DNA from: Candidatus Latescibacterota bacterium
GTDB taxonomy: Bacteria > Latescibacterota > UBA2968 > UBA8231
Length of the DNA: 64,000 nucleotides
Assembly (NCBI GenBank): GCA_965221775.1
Contig: CBDCSU010000005.1
Coordinates: forward strand, 1,376,001-1,440,000
Reading direction: 5' to 3'
Shown here: piece by piece, positions 8,673-17,740 of the stretch
Numbering within the stretch: the stretch's first letter is position 1
How the letters are laid out: each line of letters starts with the position of its first letter
Position numbers and translations under genes: made by a program
Notes under the pieces: generated by a model
Seen by the model: the letters and a program-made list of their open reading frames with translations, nothing else
What the model was told of the DNA's origin: nothing
Databases searched by the model: none

Positions 8673-9194
8673 TCAGGCGCCGGGCATGTCCGCCGCTTCC
8701 GGCGCCGGCGTGCGCTGGCTGAGTTCCTGGTCGAGCATAAAGAGGCCGGCGTTGCTGTCGGCCACCAGCTTCAGCCTCTGCAGCAGGTCGTAGGCGACGG
8801 CCTCCTCCTCGACCTGCTCGTTGACGAACCACTGCATGAAGGCGAGGGTGGCGTGGTCCGTCTCGCCCATGGCCAGGTCGCAGATCTGGTGGATGCGCCG
8901 GCTGTTGTCGCGCTCGCTCTCGAGGGCGGCCTCAAAGGCGCGGGTCGGGTTGTCCCACTCGCCCACCGGCTCGGCCAGGGGCAGCAGCTTCACGCGCCCC
9001 TCCCGGTCGATGATGAACTGGTAGATCTTCAGCGCGTGGGCGCGCTCCTCCTGGTACTGGATGCGCATCCAGTGGGCGAAACCCTTGAGGTCGATCGACT
9101 CGAAGTAGGCGGACTGCGCCAGGTACTGGTAGGCCGACTGCAGCTCGGCGTTCACCTGCTTGTTGAGGGCCCGCTCCATGGTCTCGCTCAGCAT
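8673..9194 (-). CDS. ftnA: Non-heme ferritin
   Basis: LNKQVNAELQSAYQY, QYQEERAHA and FMQWFVNEQVEEE ferroxidase residues. Confidence 0.92.
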   Translation of the reverse strand: MLSETMERALNKQVNAELQSAYQYLAQSAYFESIDLKGFAHWMRIQYQEERAHALKIYQFIIDREGRVKLLPLAEPVGEWDNPTRAFEAALESERDNSRRIHQICDLAMGETDHATLAFMQWFVNEQVEEEAVAYDLLQRLKLVADSNAGLFMLDQELSQRTPAPEAADMPGA

Positions 9195-9206
9195 CGGTTC
9201 ACCCTT

Positions 9207-10607
9207 TCAGCCTGCGCGCCGGACGCGCCTCGCGTAGTAGTCGGGCAGGTGCTCCTTGACCTGCTCCTCCAGCTCCTCGTCGGTGATGGCGCTCATGCGG
9301 CCGTGGACCTCGTACTGGTCCATCACCCAGCGCGCCACCTTGTGGACCTTGATCTTCGACAGCTTCTCGCCGCCCTCGAGGCCGAGGAAGTCGTTCACCC
9401 ACAGGGCGACGCCGTCGACGCCGGACTTGTCGGTGATCGCCACCCGCGGCGGCCGGTTGAAGAGGGCGGTGGTGTCGAAGATGTTGTAGATGCGCTCGTC
9501 GGCGCGCAGGCCGCCGGCGTGGATGCCGGCCCTCGTGGTGTTGAAGTCGCGGCCCACGAAGGGGTAGTTGGGGGCGATCTCGACGCCGATGGAGCGCATG
9601 TAGTCGGCCATCTCCTGGATCATCTGCGTGTCGATGCCGCAGAGGTCGCCGCGCAGGGCGACGTACTCGATCAGCGCCCCCTCCAGGGGCGGGTTGCCGG
9701 TGCGCTCGCCGAAGCCGAAGAGGGTGGTGTTGACGGCGTTGCAGCCGTACAGCCAGGCCGTGGCGCCGTTGACGTGGACCTTGTGGAAGTCGTTGTGGCC
9801 GTGCCACTCGAGGCACTCGTGCGGCATCCCCAGGTCGTGGGTCATGCGGTGGATCATCTTGGGGATCGACCGCGGCAGGGCCACGCCCGGGGAGGGCACG
9901 CCGAAGCCCATGGTGTCGCACAGGCGGATCTTCACGTGCAGGTCGGCCGGCACCTGCTCGGAGCGGCGCTTCAGCTCCGAGACGTAGGGCAGCACGAAGC
10001 CGTCGAAGTCGGCGCGGGTCACGTCCTCGAGATGGACCCGCGGCCGGATGCCCGCCTCCCAGGCGGCCTCGATGACCTCGATGTAGTCGTCGAAGGCTTT
10101 GCGGCGGTCCTTCTTGAGCTTGTAGAAGATGTGGTAGTCCGACGACGGCGTGAGCAGCCCCGTCTCCTTGACCTCCGCCTCCTTCACCAGCCGGAAGTCG
10201 CCCTTGTCGGCGCGGATCCACGAGGTGACCTCCGGATACTCGTGGCCGAGGGCGCGGCAGTCGTCGAGCGCCTTGCGGTCGTTGGCGGTGTAGAGGAAGA
10301 ACTCGGTCTGCCGGATCACCCCGTTGGGGCCGCCGAGGCGGGCCATCATGTCGAAGAGGGTGACCTGCTGCTCCACCGTGTACGGGGGCCGCGCCTGCTG
10401 CCCGTCGCGGAAGGTGGTGTCGGTGATCACCAGGTCCCGGGTCAGCATCTCGGCCGGGTCGAAGGTCACCACCTGCCCGTCGATCTCCTCGTGGATCGGA
10501 GCGTCGAACTCGATCTTCGGGGGCAGGGAATAGTCGAACATCTCGTCGAGCAGGTTCGGCTCCTCCACCTCCCTCAGCTCGAACCGGCCTGTCGTGGCCA
10601 CCGTCAT
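9207..10607 (-). CDS. DRE-TIM metallolyase, Re-citrate synthase-like
   Basis: Start ATG 10607 (MTVATTGRFELREVEEPNL); ITDTTFRDGQQARPPY, HGHNDF, GERTGN, TRAGIHA; no LeuA regulatory domain. Confidence 0.8.
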   Translation of the reverse strand: MTVATTGRFELREVEEPNLLDEMFDYSLPPKIEFDAPIHEEIDGQVVTFDPAEMLTRDLVITDTTFRDGQQARPPYTVEQQVTLFDMMARLGGPNGVIRQTEFFLYTANDRKALDDCRALGHEYPEVTSWIRADKGDFRLVKEAEVKETGLLTPSSDYHIFYKLKKDRRKAFDDYIEVIEAAWEAGIRPRVHLEDVTRADFDGFVLPYVSELKRRSEQVPADLHVKIRLCDTMGFGVPSPGVALPRSIPKMIHRMTHDLGMPHECLEWHGHNDFHKVHVNGATAWLYGCNAVNTTLFGFGERTGNPPLEGALIEYVALRGDLCGIDTQMIQEMADYMRSIGVEIAPNYPFVGRDFNTTRAGIHAGGLRADERIYNIFDTTALFNRPPRVAITDKSGVDGVALWVNDFLGLEGGEKLSKIKVHKVARWVMDQYEVHGRMSAITDEELEEQVKEHLPDYYARRVRRAG

Positions 10608-10624
10608 CTCTCCGCCTCCTGTCG

Positions 10625-10867
10625 CTAATCCAGATGTTTGCCGATGAAGTCGATGGCGCCGCCCACGGTCTGCACGGCGAGGGCGTCGTCCTCGTCCATC
10701 TCGATCTCGAACTCCTCCTCGAACCCGGCCATCAGCTCCACCGACTGCACCGACTCGGCGCCGAGGTCGGCGGTGAAGGAGTGGGATTCCTCGATGCGGC
10801 CCGCGTCGATCTTGAGCACGCTGGCGATCACTCCGTAGACCCTCTGCTTGACGTCGTCCCTGTCCAT
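10625..10867 (-). CDS. acpP: Acyl carrier protein
   Basis: 80 aa acidic protein; DLGAESVQSVEL...FEEEFEIEM...TVG. Confidence 0.85.
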   Translation of the reverse strand: MDRDDVKQRVYGVIASVLKIDAGRIEESHSFTADLGAESVQSVELMAGFEEEFEIEMDEDDALAVQTVGGAIDFIGKHLD

Positions 10868-10873
10868 GTTCCC

Positions 10874-11626
10874 CTATCTCGATGCGAGCTTGGACGCCGC
10901 GCCGGCGTCGATGATGAAGGTGCAGTCCGGGTGGTCCTGCAGCAGGCTGGCCGGGCAGTCCTCGGTGAAGGGGCCGTCCACGGCGGCGGCCACGGCGTCG
11001 GCCTTGTTGCCGCCCGTGGCCAGCAGGACGATGGAGCGGGCCTCGCGGATGGTGCCGATGCCGGCCGACAGGGCGCAGCGGGGCACCTCGGCCGGATCGG
11101 AGAAGAACCGGCCGTCGCTGTTGGCGTCGATCGTCTCTTGCGTGAGGCTGACGAGCCGGGTGCGCGAGTCGACGGGGCTGCCCGGCTCGTTGAAGGCGAT
11201 GTGGCCGTTGCCGCCGATGCCGAGGAGCCACAAGTCGACGCCGCCGGCCGCCAGGATCCTGTCCTCGAAGGAGCGGCACTCCAGCTCCGGGAACCGCGCC
11301 CGGCCGTTGAGGACGTGGGTGTTCCACGGCCGGATGTCGACGTGCCGGAAGAGGCGGTCGTTCATGAAGTGGCGGTAGCTCTGCTCGTGGTCGCCGCCGA
11401 GGCCCCAGTACTCGTCGAGGTTGAAGCTGGTGACGCCGGCGAAGCTGAGGCCCTCGTCGCGGTGCATGCGGGCCAGCTCGGCGTAAGTCGCCTCCGGGGT
11501 GGACCCGGTGGCCAGGCCGAGGACGGTCTCGGAACGCGAACGGATGACGCCGGCCAGGGCGGCCGCCGCCTTATGCGCCACGCCGTCCGCGTGGTCGCAG
11601 ATTTCGAGCTTGATGTTGCCGGACAT
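10874..11626 (-). CDS. nagB: Glucosamine-6-phosphate deaminase
   Basis: Start ATG 11626; LGLATGSTP, FNLDEY, LGIGGNGHIAFNEPG, CPASLLQDH. Confidence 0.95.
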   Translation of the reverse strand: MSGNIKLEICDHADGVAHKAAAALAGVIRSRSETVLGLATGSTPEATYAELARMHRDEGLSFAGVTSFNLDEYWGLGGDHEQSYRHFMNDRLFRHVDIRPWNTHVLNGRARFPELECRSFEDRILAAGGVDLWLLGIGGNGHIAFNEPGSPVDSRTRLVSLTQETIDANSDGRFFSDPAEVPRCALSAGIGTIREARSIVLLATGGNKADAVAAAVDGPFTEDCPASLLQDHPDCTFIIDAGAASKLASR

Positions 11627-11732
11627 TGGGGAGCAGGGGAATGGGGTTGGGGAGGGAATCGCTGTTTTGAAGGGCACGAATGTACGACAGGGCCGGAATC
11701 TGGTAAACCGCCGGCGCCCCCCGGGTGCGAGC

Positions 11733-11760
11733 TTGACACTCCCCCGAGGGCGGCTAGTTT
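11733..11760 (+). promoter_or_regulatory. Putative sigma70 promoter of the DUF4954 gene
   Basis: TTGACA-N16-TAGTTT, 13 nt before ATG 11774. Confidence 0.55.
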
Positions 11761-11773
11761 GGCGCGCTCCGCC

Positions 11774-13717
11774 ATGAGCACTCACCTGCCCCTGACCGCC
11801 GAGGCGGTCTCCGCCCTCGAGACCCGCGGCTGCACCTGCCACGACTGGAGCCGCGTCCGCGTCTCCGCCGGCTTCGACCCCGCCCGCGTGCGCAACGTCC
11901 ACTTCGACGGCGATATCCGCCTGGGCGGCCTGGGCGGATCGGCGGCCGTCGAGGAAGGGGTGCCGCTGCCCGCCGGGCTGTCCGACGCCACCCTCGTCGA
12001 CTGCGAGATCGGCGACGACGTGCTGATCTCCGGCGTCGGCTGCCTCGCCCGCTACCGCGTGGAGGACGGCGCCGTGGTCACCGGCGTGGGCTCCGCCGTC
12101 ACGCGCCCGGGGGCCCGCTTCGGCAACGGCGTCGAGGCCAGCCCCGTCAACGAGGGCGGCGGCCGCGAGGTCACCCTCTACGCGGAGATGTCGAGCCAGT
12201 ACGCCTACCTGATGGCCATGCACCGGCACGGCGAAGGCCTGGTGGAGGGCCTGCGGCAGATCGCCGAGGGCTACGCCGAGGGGGCCGCCTCCGACCACGG
12301 GCGCATCGGCGCCGGGGCCCGGGTGGACCAGGTGGGCCGCATGATCGACGTGAACGTGGGACCCGCCGCCGAGGTGCTCGGCGCCGAGCGGCTGGGCAAC
12401 GGCACGATCCTGTCGGAGCCGGAGGCGCCGGCCCGGGTCGGCGCCGGCGTCTGCGCCGAGGACTTCATCATCGCCGAGGGCGCCGAGGTCGAGGACGGGG
12501 TGGTGCTGCACACCGCCTTCGTCGGCCAGGGGGTGCGGCTCGGCAAGCAGTTCTCGGCCGAGAACTCCCTGTTCTTCGCCAACTGCGAGGGCTTCCACGG
12601 CGAGGCCTGCTCGATCTTCGCCGGCCCCTACACCGTGACCCACCACAAGTCGACGCTGCTCATCGCCGGCGTCTATTCCTTCTACAACGCCGGCTCGGGG
12701 ACCAACCAGTCCAACCACATGTACAAGCTCGGGCCGGTGCACCAGGGCGTGATCCAGCGCGGCACCAAGAGCGGCTCGTTCTCGTACATGCGCTGGCCCA
12801 CCGTGGTCGGCCCGTTCTGCGTCATCCTCGGCAAGCACCTGGGCAACTTCGACATCGGCGACCTGCCCTTCTCCTACGTCACCGAGGAGGACGGCGAGTC
12901 CCTGTGCACGCCGGCGATGAACATGTTCACCGTGGGCACCGTGCGCGACGGCGACAAGTGGCCCACGCGGGACCGCCGCCAGGGCTCGGTGAAGCGCGAC
13001 CGGATCCGCTTCGAGGTCTTCAGCCCCTACACGGTGGGCAAGATGCTGCGCGGCGAGGCCCTGCTGAAGGAGCTGTACGAGGGCACCAGCCGGGAGGTGG
13101 AGCTGGTGCGCCACAAGGGCGTGGTGATCAAGCGCCTGCTGCTGCGCCGCAGCGCCCGCAACTACGCCGACGGCATCGACGCCTACCTGCGCGGCCGGGT
13201 CCTCGGGCGCGCCGCCGAGGCGCGCCGCTCCGGGGATGCCGAGGCCCTGCGGCGGGTCCTGTCCGCCGGCGACGGCGTGCACGGCGCCGACTGGACCGAC
13301 GTGGGGGGCCTGCTCATGCCCCGGGAGCGTCTGCGCCGCATCGAGGCCGCCGTCGCCGGCGGCGAGCTGGACTCCCCCGCGGCCCTGGACGCGGCCTTCG
13401 CCGAGGCCGCCGCCGCGTACGAGGCCGACGAGTGGGAGTGGGTGCGCGCCGTCTGGCGCGACCGCACCGGCACCTCGACGGAGGATCTCACGCCGGCCTG
13501 CCTCGACGAGATCGAGGCCGTCCACGCCAAGGCCACCGCCTCCTTCGTGCGCCGGATCCTGGCCGACGCCGAGAAGGAGTTCGATCCCATCGCCCGCTTC
13601 GGCTACGGCCTGGAGGGGGACGAGAGCGACCGCGACCGCGACTTCGCGGCGGTGCGCGGCGGCTTCGACGACAACTCCTTCGTGCGCCAGATGCGGGACC
13701 AGCTCGACGCCGACTGA
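11774..13717 (+). CDS. DUF4954 family protein (left-handed beta-helix)
   Basis: GCTCHDWSRV, SAENSLFFANC, GEACSIFAGPYTVTHHKSTLLIAG, GSGTNQSNHMYKLGPVHQG. Confidence 0.85.
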   Translation: MSTHLPLTAEAVSALETRGCTCHDWSRVRVSAGFDPARVRNVHFDGDIRLGGLGGSAAVEEGVPLPAGLSDATLVDCEIGDDVLISGVGCLARYRVEDGAVVTGVGSAVTRPGARFGNGVEASPVNEGGGREVTLYAEMSSQYAYLMAMHRHGEGLVEGLRQIAEGYAEGAASDHGRIGAGARVDQVGRMIDVNVGPAAEVLGAERLGNGTILSEPEAPARVGAGVCAEDFIIAEGAEVEDGVVLHTAFVGQGVRLGKQFSAENSLFFANCEGFHGEACSIFAGPYTVTHHKSTLLIAGVYSFYNAGSGTNQSNHMYKLGPVHQGVIQRGTKSGSFSYMRWPTVVGPFCVILGKHLGNFDIGDLPFSYVTEEDGESLCTPAMNMFTVGTVRDGDKWPTRDRRQGSVKRDRIRFEVFSPYTVGKMLRGEALLKELYEGTSREVELVRHKGVVIKRLLLRRSARNYADGIDAYLRGRVLGRAAEARRSGDAEALRRVLSAGDGVHGADWTDVGGLLMPRERLRRIEAAVAGGELDSPAALDAAFAEAAAAYEADEWEWVRAVWRDRTGTSTEDLTPACLDEIEAVHAKATASFVRRILADAEKEFDPIARFGYGLEGDESDRDRDFAAVRGGFDDNSFVRQMRDQLDAD

Positions 13718-13746
13718 CCCTCCCGCCCCACCGCCCGGGGCCGGAC

Positions 13747-14814
13747 TCAGCCGGTGCGCAGCGGCTTGGGCCGGTAGTGCCCGGGATCGATGTCGAGCTG
13801 CTCCAGCCGCGTGTAGAGGTACTTCCGCGACAAGCCGATGGCGTCGGCCACGTGGGTGATGACGCCGTTGTGCCGCCGCAGGGCGTGGCTCAGGAATCGG
13901 CGGTCGAACCACTCCCGCGCCTCCCGGTAGCTCACCTCCCCCAGGTCCTCCAGCGCCTCCGCCGCCCGCCCCTGGCGCCAGGCGGACACCTCCACGGGCA
14001 CGTCCGCCGCCGTCAGCCGCGCCCCCCGGGACATGACCACCATGCGCTCGAGGGTGTTCTCCAGCTCGCGGATGTTGCCGGGCCACGGGTAGTCGACCAG
14101 CAGTTTCACGGCCTCGTCGTCGATCTCCCGCGGGAACCGCGGCGGCGCCCCGGGGCGCCGCCGCCGCAGGAAGAACTCCACCAGGAGGGGCACGTCCTCG
14201 CGGCGGTCCCGCAGGGGCGGCAGCTCGACGGGGATCACGTGGAGCCGGTAGAACAGGTCTTCGCGGAACCGCCCCTGGCGCACCTCGGCGGCCAGGTCGA
14301 CGTTGGTGGCGGCCACCACGCGGACGTCGGCGACCATGGTGTGATCGCCGCCGACGCGCTCGTAGCGCCGCTCCTGCAGCACCCGCAGCAGCCGCAGCTG
14401 GACGCGCGGGTCGGCGGCGCCCACCTCGTCGAGGAACATCGTCCCGCCGCGGGCCTGCTCCAGGCGGCCGGGGCGCTGGCGGACGGCGCCGGTGAACGCC
14501 CCCTTCTCATGGCCGAACAACTCCGACTCCAGAACGCCCTCGGGCAGGGCCGCGCAGTTGACCTCCACGAAGGGGCCGCCCGAGCGCGGGCTGCGGTCAT
14601 GCAGGACGCGGGCGAGCACCCCCTTGCCGGTGCCGCTCTCCCCCTGCAGCAGGACCGTCGCCTCGGCGTCGGCCACGCGCAGCACCTGCACCAGGACGCT
14701 GCGCATGCTGGCGCTCTCCGACGCCAGCAGCGGGTCGCTGGGGCGGCGTTGCACCGGGACGGGGTTGGCGTGGACCTTGACCGGGGGTTCCCGGTGGGTG
14801 GGGGGGCGCTGCAT
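13747..14814 (-). CDS. Sigma54-dependent activator (AAA+ and Fis-HTH, no N-terminal sensor)
   Basis: GESGTGKG, ESELFGHEKGAFTGA, FLDEV, WPGNIRELEN, C-terminal HTH. Confidence 0.9.
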   Translation of the reverse strand: MQRPPTHREPPVKVHANPVPVQRRPSDPLLASESASMRSVLVQVLRVADAEATVLLQGESGTGKGVLARVLHDRSPRSGGPFVEVNCAALPEGVLESELFGHEKGAFTGAVRQRPGRLEQARGGTMFLDEVGAADPRVQLRLLRVLQERRYERVGGDHTMVADVRVVAATNVDLAAEVRQGRFREDLFYRLHVIPVELPPLRDRREDVPLLVEFFLRRRRPGAPPRFPREIDDEAVKLLVDYPWPGNIRELENTLERMVVMSRGARLTAADVPVEVSAWRQGRAAEALEDLGEVSYREAREWFDRRFLSHALRRHNGVITHVADAIGLSRKYLYTRLEQLDIDPGHYRPKPLRTG

Positions 14815-14874
14815 GGGCAGGCTCTCCGTCGCCGTTCGAGTTTTGCCGTGGTCGTGAAGCGAGAGCGCATCCGC

Positions 14875-14890
14875 AGCGAGTTCCGTGCCC
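14875..14890 (-). promoter_or_regulatory. Putative sigma54 (-24/-12) promoter
   Basis: Minus strand GGGCACGGAACTCGCT: GG-N10-GC with correct spacing, about 60 bp upstream of ATG 14814. Confidence 0.6.
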
Positions 14891-14931
14891 TCGCGCCCGC
14901 ACGGCGGTCTCTCGGGGGGACTGCCGCCGAT

Positions 14932-14962
14932 CCGGTACCGGGGCGATGGATACCGGTACCGG
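14932..14962. promoter_or_regulatory. Tandem perfect palindromes, candidate enhancer (UAS)
   Basis: CCGGTACCGG at 14932-14941 and 14953-14962, 21 bp apart. Confidence 0.5.
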
Positions 14963-15057
14963 CCGTCACCAGGCGGCCTGCGCGGTGCGGTTTCCGGGCG
15001 GCGCGCGGACTGGAACGTTTGCTTGAATCCCCCTGCGGCAGGGGCATACTTCAACAC

Positions 15058-16038
15058 ATGCCCGCCCTCAAGACCCACGCCAGGCCTTCCTGCGGGCACC
15101 TCCTGATCGGCGCCGACTCGGGCCTGCGAGAGGTCGTCGAAGCCGTCGACCGCGTCCTCGGACTCGATGTGGACGTGCTCGTCGTCGGCGAGAGCGGCAC
15201 CGGCAAGGAGCTCGTGGCCCGCCTGCTGCACGAAGCCGACCCGGAGCGCAGGACAGGTCCTTTCGTCGCCGTCAACTGCGCGGCCCTGCCGGAGCACCTG
15301 CTCGAGTCCAATCTCTTCGGCTACTGCCGCGGCGCCTTCACCGGCGCCGATGCCGACCGCCCCGGCCTGTTCCAGCAGGCGCGGCGAGGCACCCTGTTCC
15401 TCGACGAGGTGGGGGAGCTGCCGGCGGCTTCCCAGCCGAAGCTGCTGCGCGCCCTCGAGGAGCGGCGGGTCCGTCCCCTGGGCGGCACCGAAGAGGTCCC
15501 GGTGGACGTGCGCGTCGTCTCCGCCACCAACCGCGAGCTGTCGCAGGCGATGGAGGAGGGCCGCTTCCGCCCCGATCTCTACTACCGCCTCGCCGACTAC
15601 GTGATCTCCGTGCCTCCCCTGCGGGAGCGGAGGTCCGACATCCCCGACCTCGCCCGGCACTTCCTCGGCCACTTCCGGGAGCGCTTCGGACGCCAGCACG
15701 TGCACGGCCTGAGCGAGGGCGCCGTCTCGTGGTTGAAGAGCCGCGACTGGCGCGCCAACAACGTGCGCGAGCTCAACGTCGTCATCAAGCGCGTCGTCCT
15801 CGAGTGCGACGACCCGGTGATCACCCCCGAGCACCTGTGGGCGGCGTGCTCCCGCGACGAGGTCCGCGGCGAACCCGGCCCCACCGAAGCCGTGGACGAG
15901 GGCCGGCGCCTGCGTCAGGCCCTGGAGCATTGCGGCGGCAACGTCGCCGCCACGGCGCGGCTCCTGGGCATGAAGCGCTCCACCCTCTACGACCGGCTGC
16001 GCCGCTGCGGCCTGCGCACCCCGCCGAGGCCCGGATGA
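15058..16038 (+). CDS. Sigma54-dependent activator (AAA+ and Fis-HTH, no N-terminal sensor)
   Basis: Start ATG 15058; GESGTGKE, GAFTGA, FLDEV, NVREL, GNVAATARLLGMKRSTLY. Confidence 0.9.
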   Translation: MPALKTHARPSCGHLLIGADSGLREVVEAVDRVLGLDVDVLVVGESGTGKELVARLLHEADPERRTGPFVAVNCAALPEHLLESNLFGYCRGAFTGADADRPGLFQQARRGTLFLDEVGELPAASQPKLLRALEERRVRPLGGTEEVPVDVRVVSATNRELSQAMEEGRFRPDLYYRLADYVISVPPLRERRSDIPDLARHFLGHFRERFGRQHVHGLSEGAVSWLKSRDWRANNVRELNVVIKRVVLECDDPVITPEHLWAACSRDEVRGEPGPTEAVDEGRRLRQALEHCGGNVAATARLLGMKRSTLYDRLRRCGLRTPPRPG

Positions 16039-16973
16039 CCGCTCTGCCCGCCCCCTGGCGCCGCGCCCTCGACCGCCGGCGCCCGCTCTTCGACCTGTCG
16101 GACTCCGGTCTCTGCGCGCGGATGCTCGACGACGAGGACCCGTCCCTGCGCTGCGACCGCTACGGTCCGGTCTGCTGGTTCTCCTGGTACGGCGGCGCCT
16201 CCCCCGGGCCGGAGGACTTCGGGCGCCTCGCCGCCTTCACCCGCGCCGCCGGCGCCGTCCACTGGCACCTGCGCCACATGCCCGACCGCGGGCGGGACCC
16301 CGGCCTGCGGCGGACCTGGTCCTCCCCCGGGGCGCCGGAGACGTGGGTCGCCGCCGAGGCGGGCCTGCGCTTCGAGCTGCGCGCCGGCGGCGGCCAGTCG
16401 GCCGGCCTCTACCTGGATCAGCGGCGCAACCGCGGCTGGGTGCGCGACCACGCCCGCGGCGCCCGCGTGCTCAACCTGTTCGCCTACACCGGGGGCTTCG
16501 GGATCGCCGCCCTGGCCGGCGGCGCCGCCGAGGTCGTGCAGAACGACGTGAGCCGCACCAACCTCGACTGGGCCCGGGAGAACGCCGCCCTCAACGGAAT
16601 GGGCGCGGCCGCCGTCGAGTACGCCGCCGTCGACGCCCGCCTGCTGGTGGGAGGCTGCCGCAGCCGGGGCCGCCGGTTCGACGCCGTCATCTGCGATCCC
16701 CCCGCCTTCGCCCGCTCCCGCGGCCGGGACGCGGGGCCCTGGCGCGTCGAGCGCGACCTCCCGGCGGTGGTGCGCGAGTGCGTGGGGCTGCTGTCGCCGG
16801 AGGGCTGGATGCTGGTCTCGTCGGGCTGCGAGAGCTGGGAGGAGGGCGCCTTCGAAGGCGCCGTGCGCCGGGGGCTCGCGGCAGGGGGCCGTATGGAGCC
16901 GGCGCCGGGACCGGGCCAGGACTGCGGCGGCGCCCGGGGGAGGCTGCGGTCGGTGGTCGTGCGCCCGCGCTAG
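16035..16973 (+). CDS. Class I SAM-dependent methyltransferase (RlmI/RlmK-like)
   Basis: GLYLDQRRNR, VLNLFAYTGGF, ICDPPAF; ATGA-coupled to the upstream activator gene. Confidence 0.85.
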   Translation: MTALPAPWRRALDRRRPLFDLSDSGLCARMLDDEDPSLRCDRYGPVCWFSWYGGASPGPEDFGRLAAFTRAAGAVHWHLRHMPDRGRDPGLRRTWSSPGAPETWVAAEAGLRFELRAGGGQSAGLYLDQRRNRGWVRDHARGARVLNLFAYTGGFGIAALAGGAAEVVQNDVSRTNLDWARENAALNGMGAAAVEYAAVDARLLVGGCRSRGRRFDAVICDPPAFARSRGRDAGPWRVERDLPAVVRECVGLLSPEGWMLVSSGCESWEEGAFEGAVRRGLAAGGRMEPAPGPGQDCGGARGRLRSVVVRPR

Positions 16974-17740
16974 CGGGGCAGCGGCGGCAGGTCCCAGACG
17001 GCGCGGGCGGCGCCCCCGAAGATCCACTCGCGGTCGGAGTCGCCCAGGTCGCCGAAGTAGTCGAGGGGCACCCGCAGGGAGTTGTGGTAGCCCTCGCGGC
17101 CGCTCACCGGCGGGAAGTCGGAGCCCCACATGAGCCGCTCGGGCCCGAAGGCCTCCAGGGCCAGGCGCGCCACCGGCGGGATGGGGTCCCAGGGCATCGG
17201 CCCCGTGCAGAACTCGCCGAAGCCCGGCAGCTTCATCGACAGGTTCGGCCGGTGGGCGATCTCGTCCAGGCCCTTGCGGTACTCCGCGTCGGTGTCGGCG
17301 CGTCCGACGCTGGCCAGGTGCTCGATGCAGACCGACAGCTCCGGGAAGGTGTCGAGGACCTCGCGGAACGCCGGCGACCGCATCTCCTCCGGGGTGGAGA
17401 CGGCGCTGACCACCAGCCCGAGTTCGTCGGCCGTGCGCCAGTGCGCCAGCGGGTCGGCGCCCCGGGCGCGCGACTCGACGCCGAGGCGGATGCCGGTGAG
17501 GCCGGCCTCGGCCCAGCGCCGCATGGCGGTGCCGTCGTCGTCGGGATCGACGATCATCGCCGCGGCGAAGCGCCCCGGGTGGCGCCGCAGACAGTCGACG
17601 AGGTAGCTGTTGTCGCTGTTGCCGCCGTACTGGATGAGCACCGCCTGGCTCACCCCCGAGGTCTCCATGTGGTAGAGGAGGGACTCGACGGGCTCGTACT
17701 TGAGCAGGCCGGCGTGGCAGTGGGTGTCGACGATGAGCAT
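16970..17740 (-). CDS. Amidohydrolase_2 family protein
   Basis: VDTHCH, IEHLA, RLMWGSDFP. Confidence 0.9.
   Translation of the reverse strand: MLIVDTHCHAGLLKYEPVESLLYHMETSGVSQAVLIQYGGNSDNSYLVDCLRRHPGRFAAAMIVDPDDDGTAMRRWAEAGLTGIRLGVESRARGADPLAHWRTADELGLVVSAVSTPEEMRSPAFREVLDTFPELSVCIEHLASVGRADTDAEYRKGLDEIAHRPNLSMKLPGFGEFCTGPMPWDPIPPVARLALEAFGPERLMWGSDFPPVSGREGYHNSLRVPLDYFGDLGDSDREWIFGGAARAVWDLPPLPR

Noticed and set aside
15011-15027. Sigma54 promoter-like TGGAACGTTTGCTTGAA upstream of the right-hand activator
   Set aside because: Spacing is one base too long and the -12 element reads GA; sigma54 spacing is strict.
9207-15930. Apparent giant fusions in the ORF track (706, 1070, 1027, 1044 and 727 aa; also 1326 aa at 33448)
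   Set aside because: The N-terminal extensions are off-frame read-through of neighbouring genes; real starts were reassigned.
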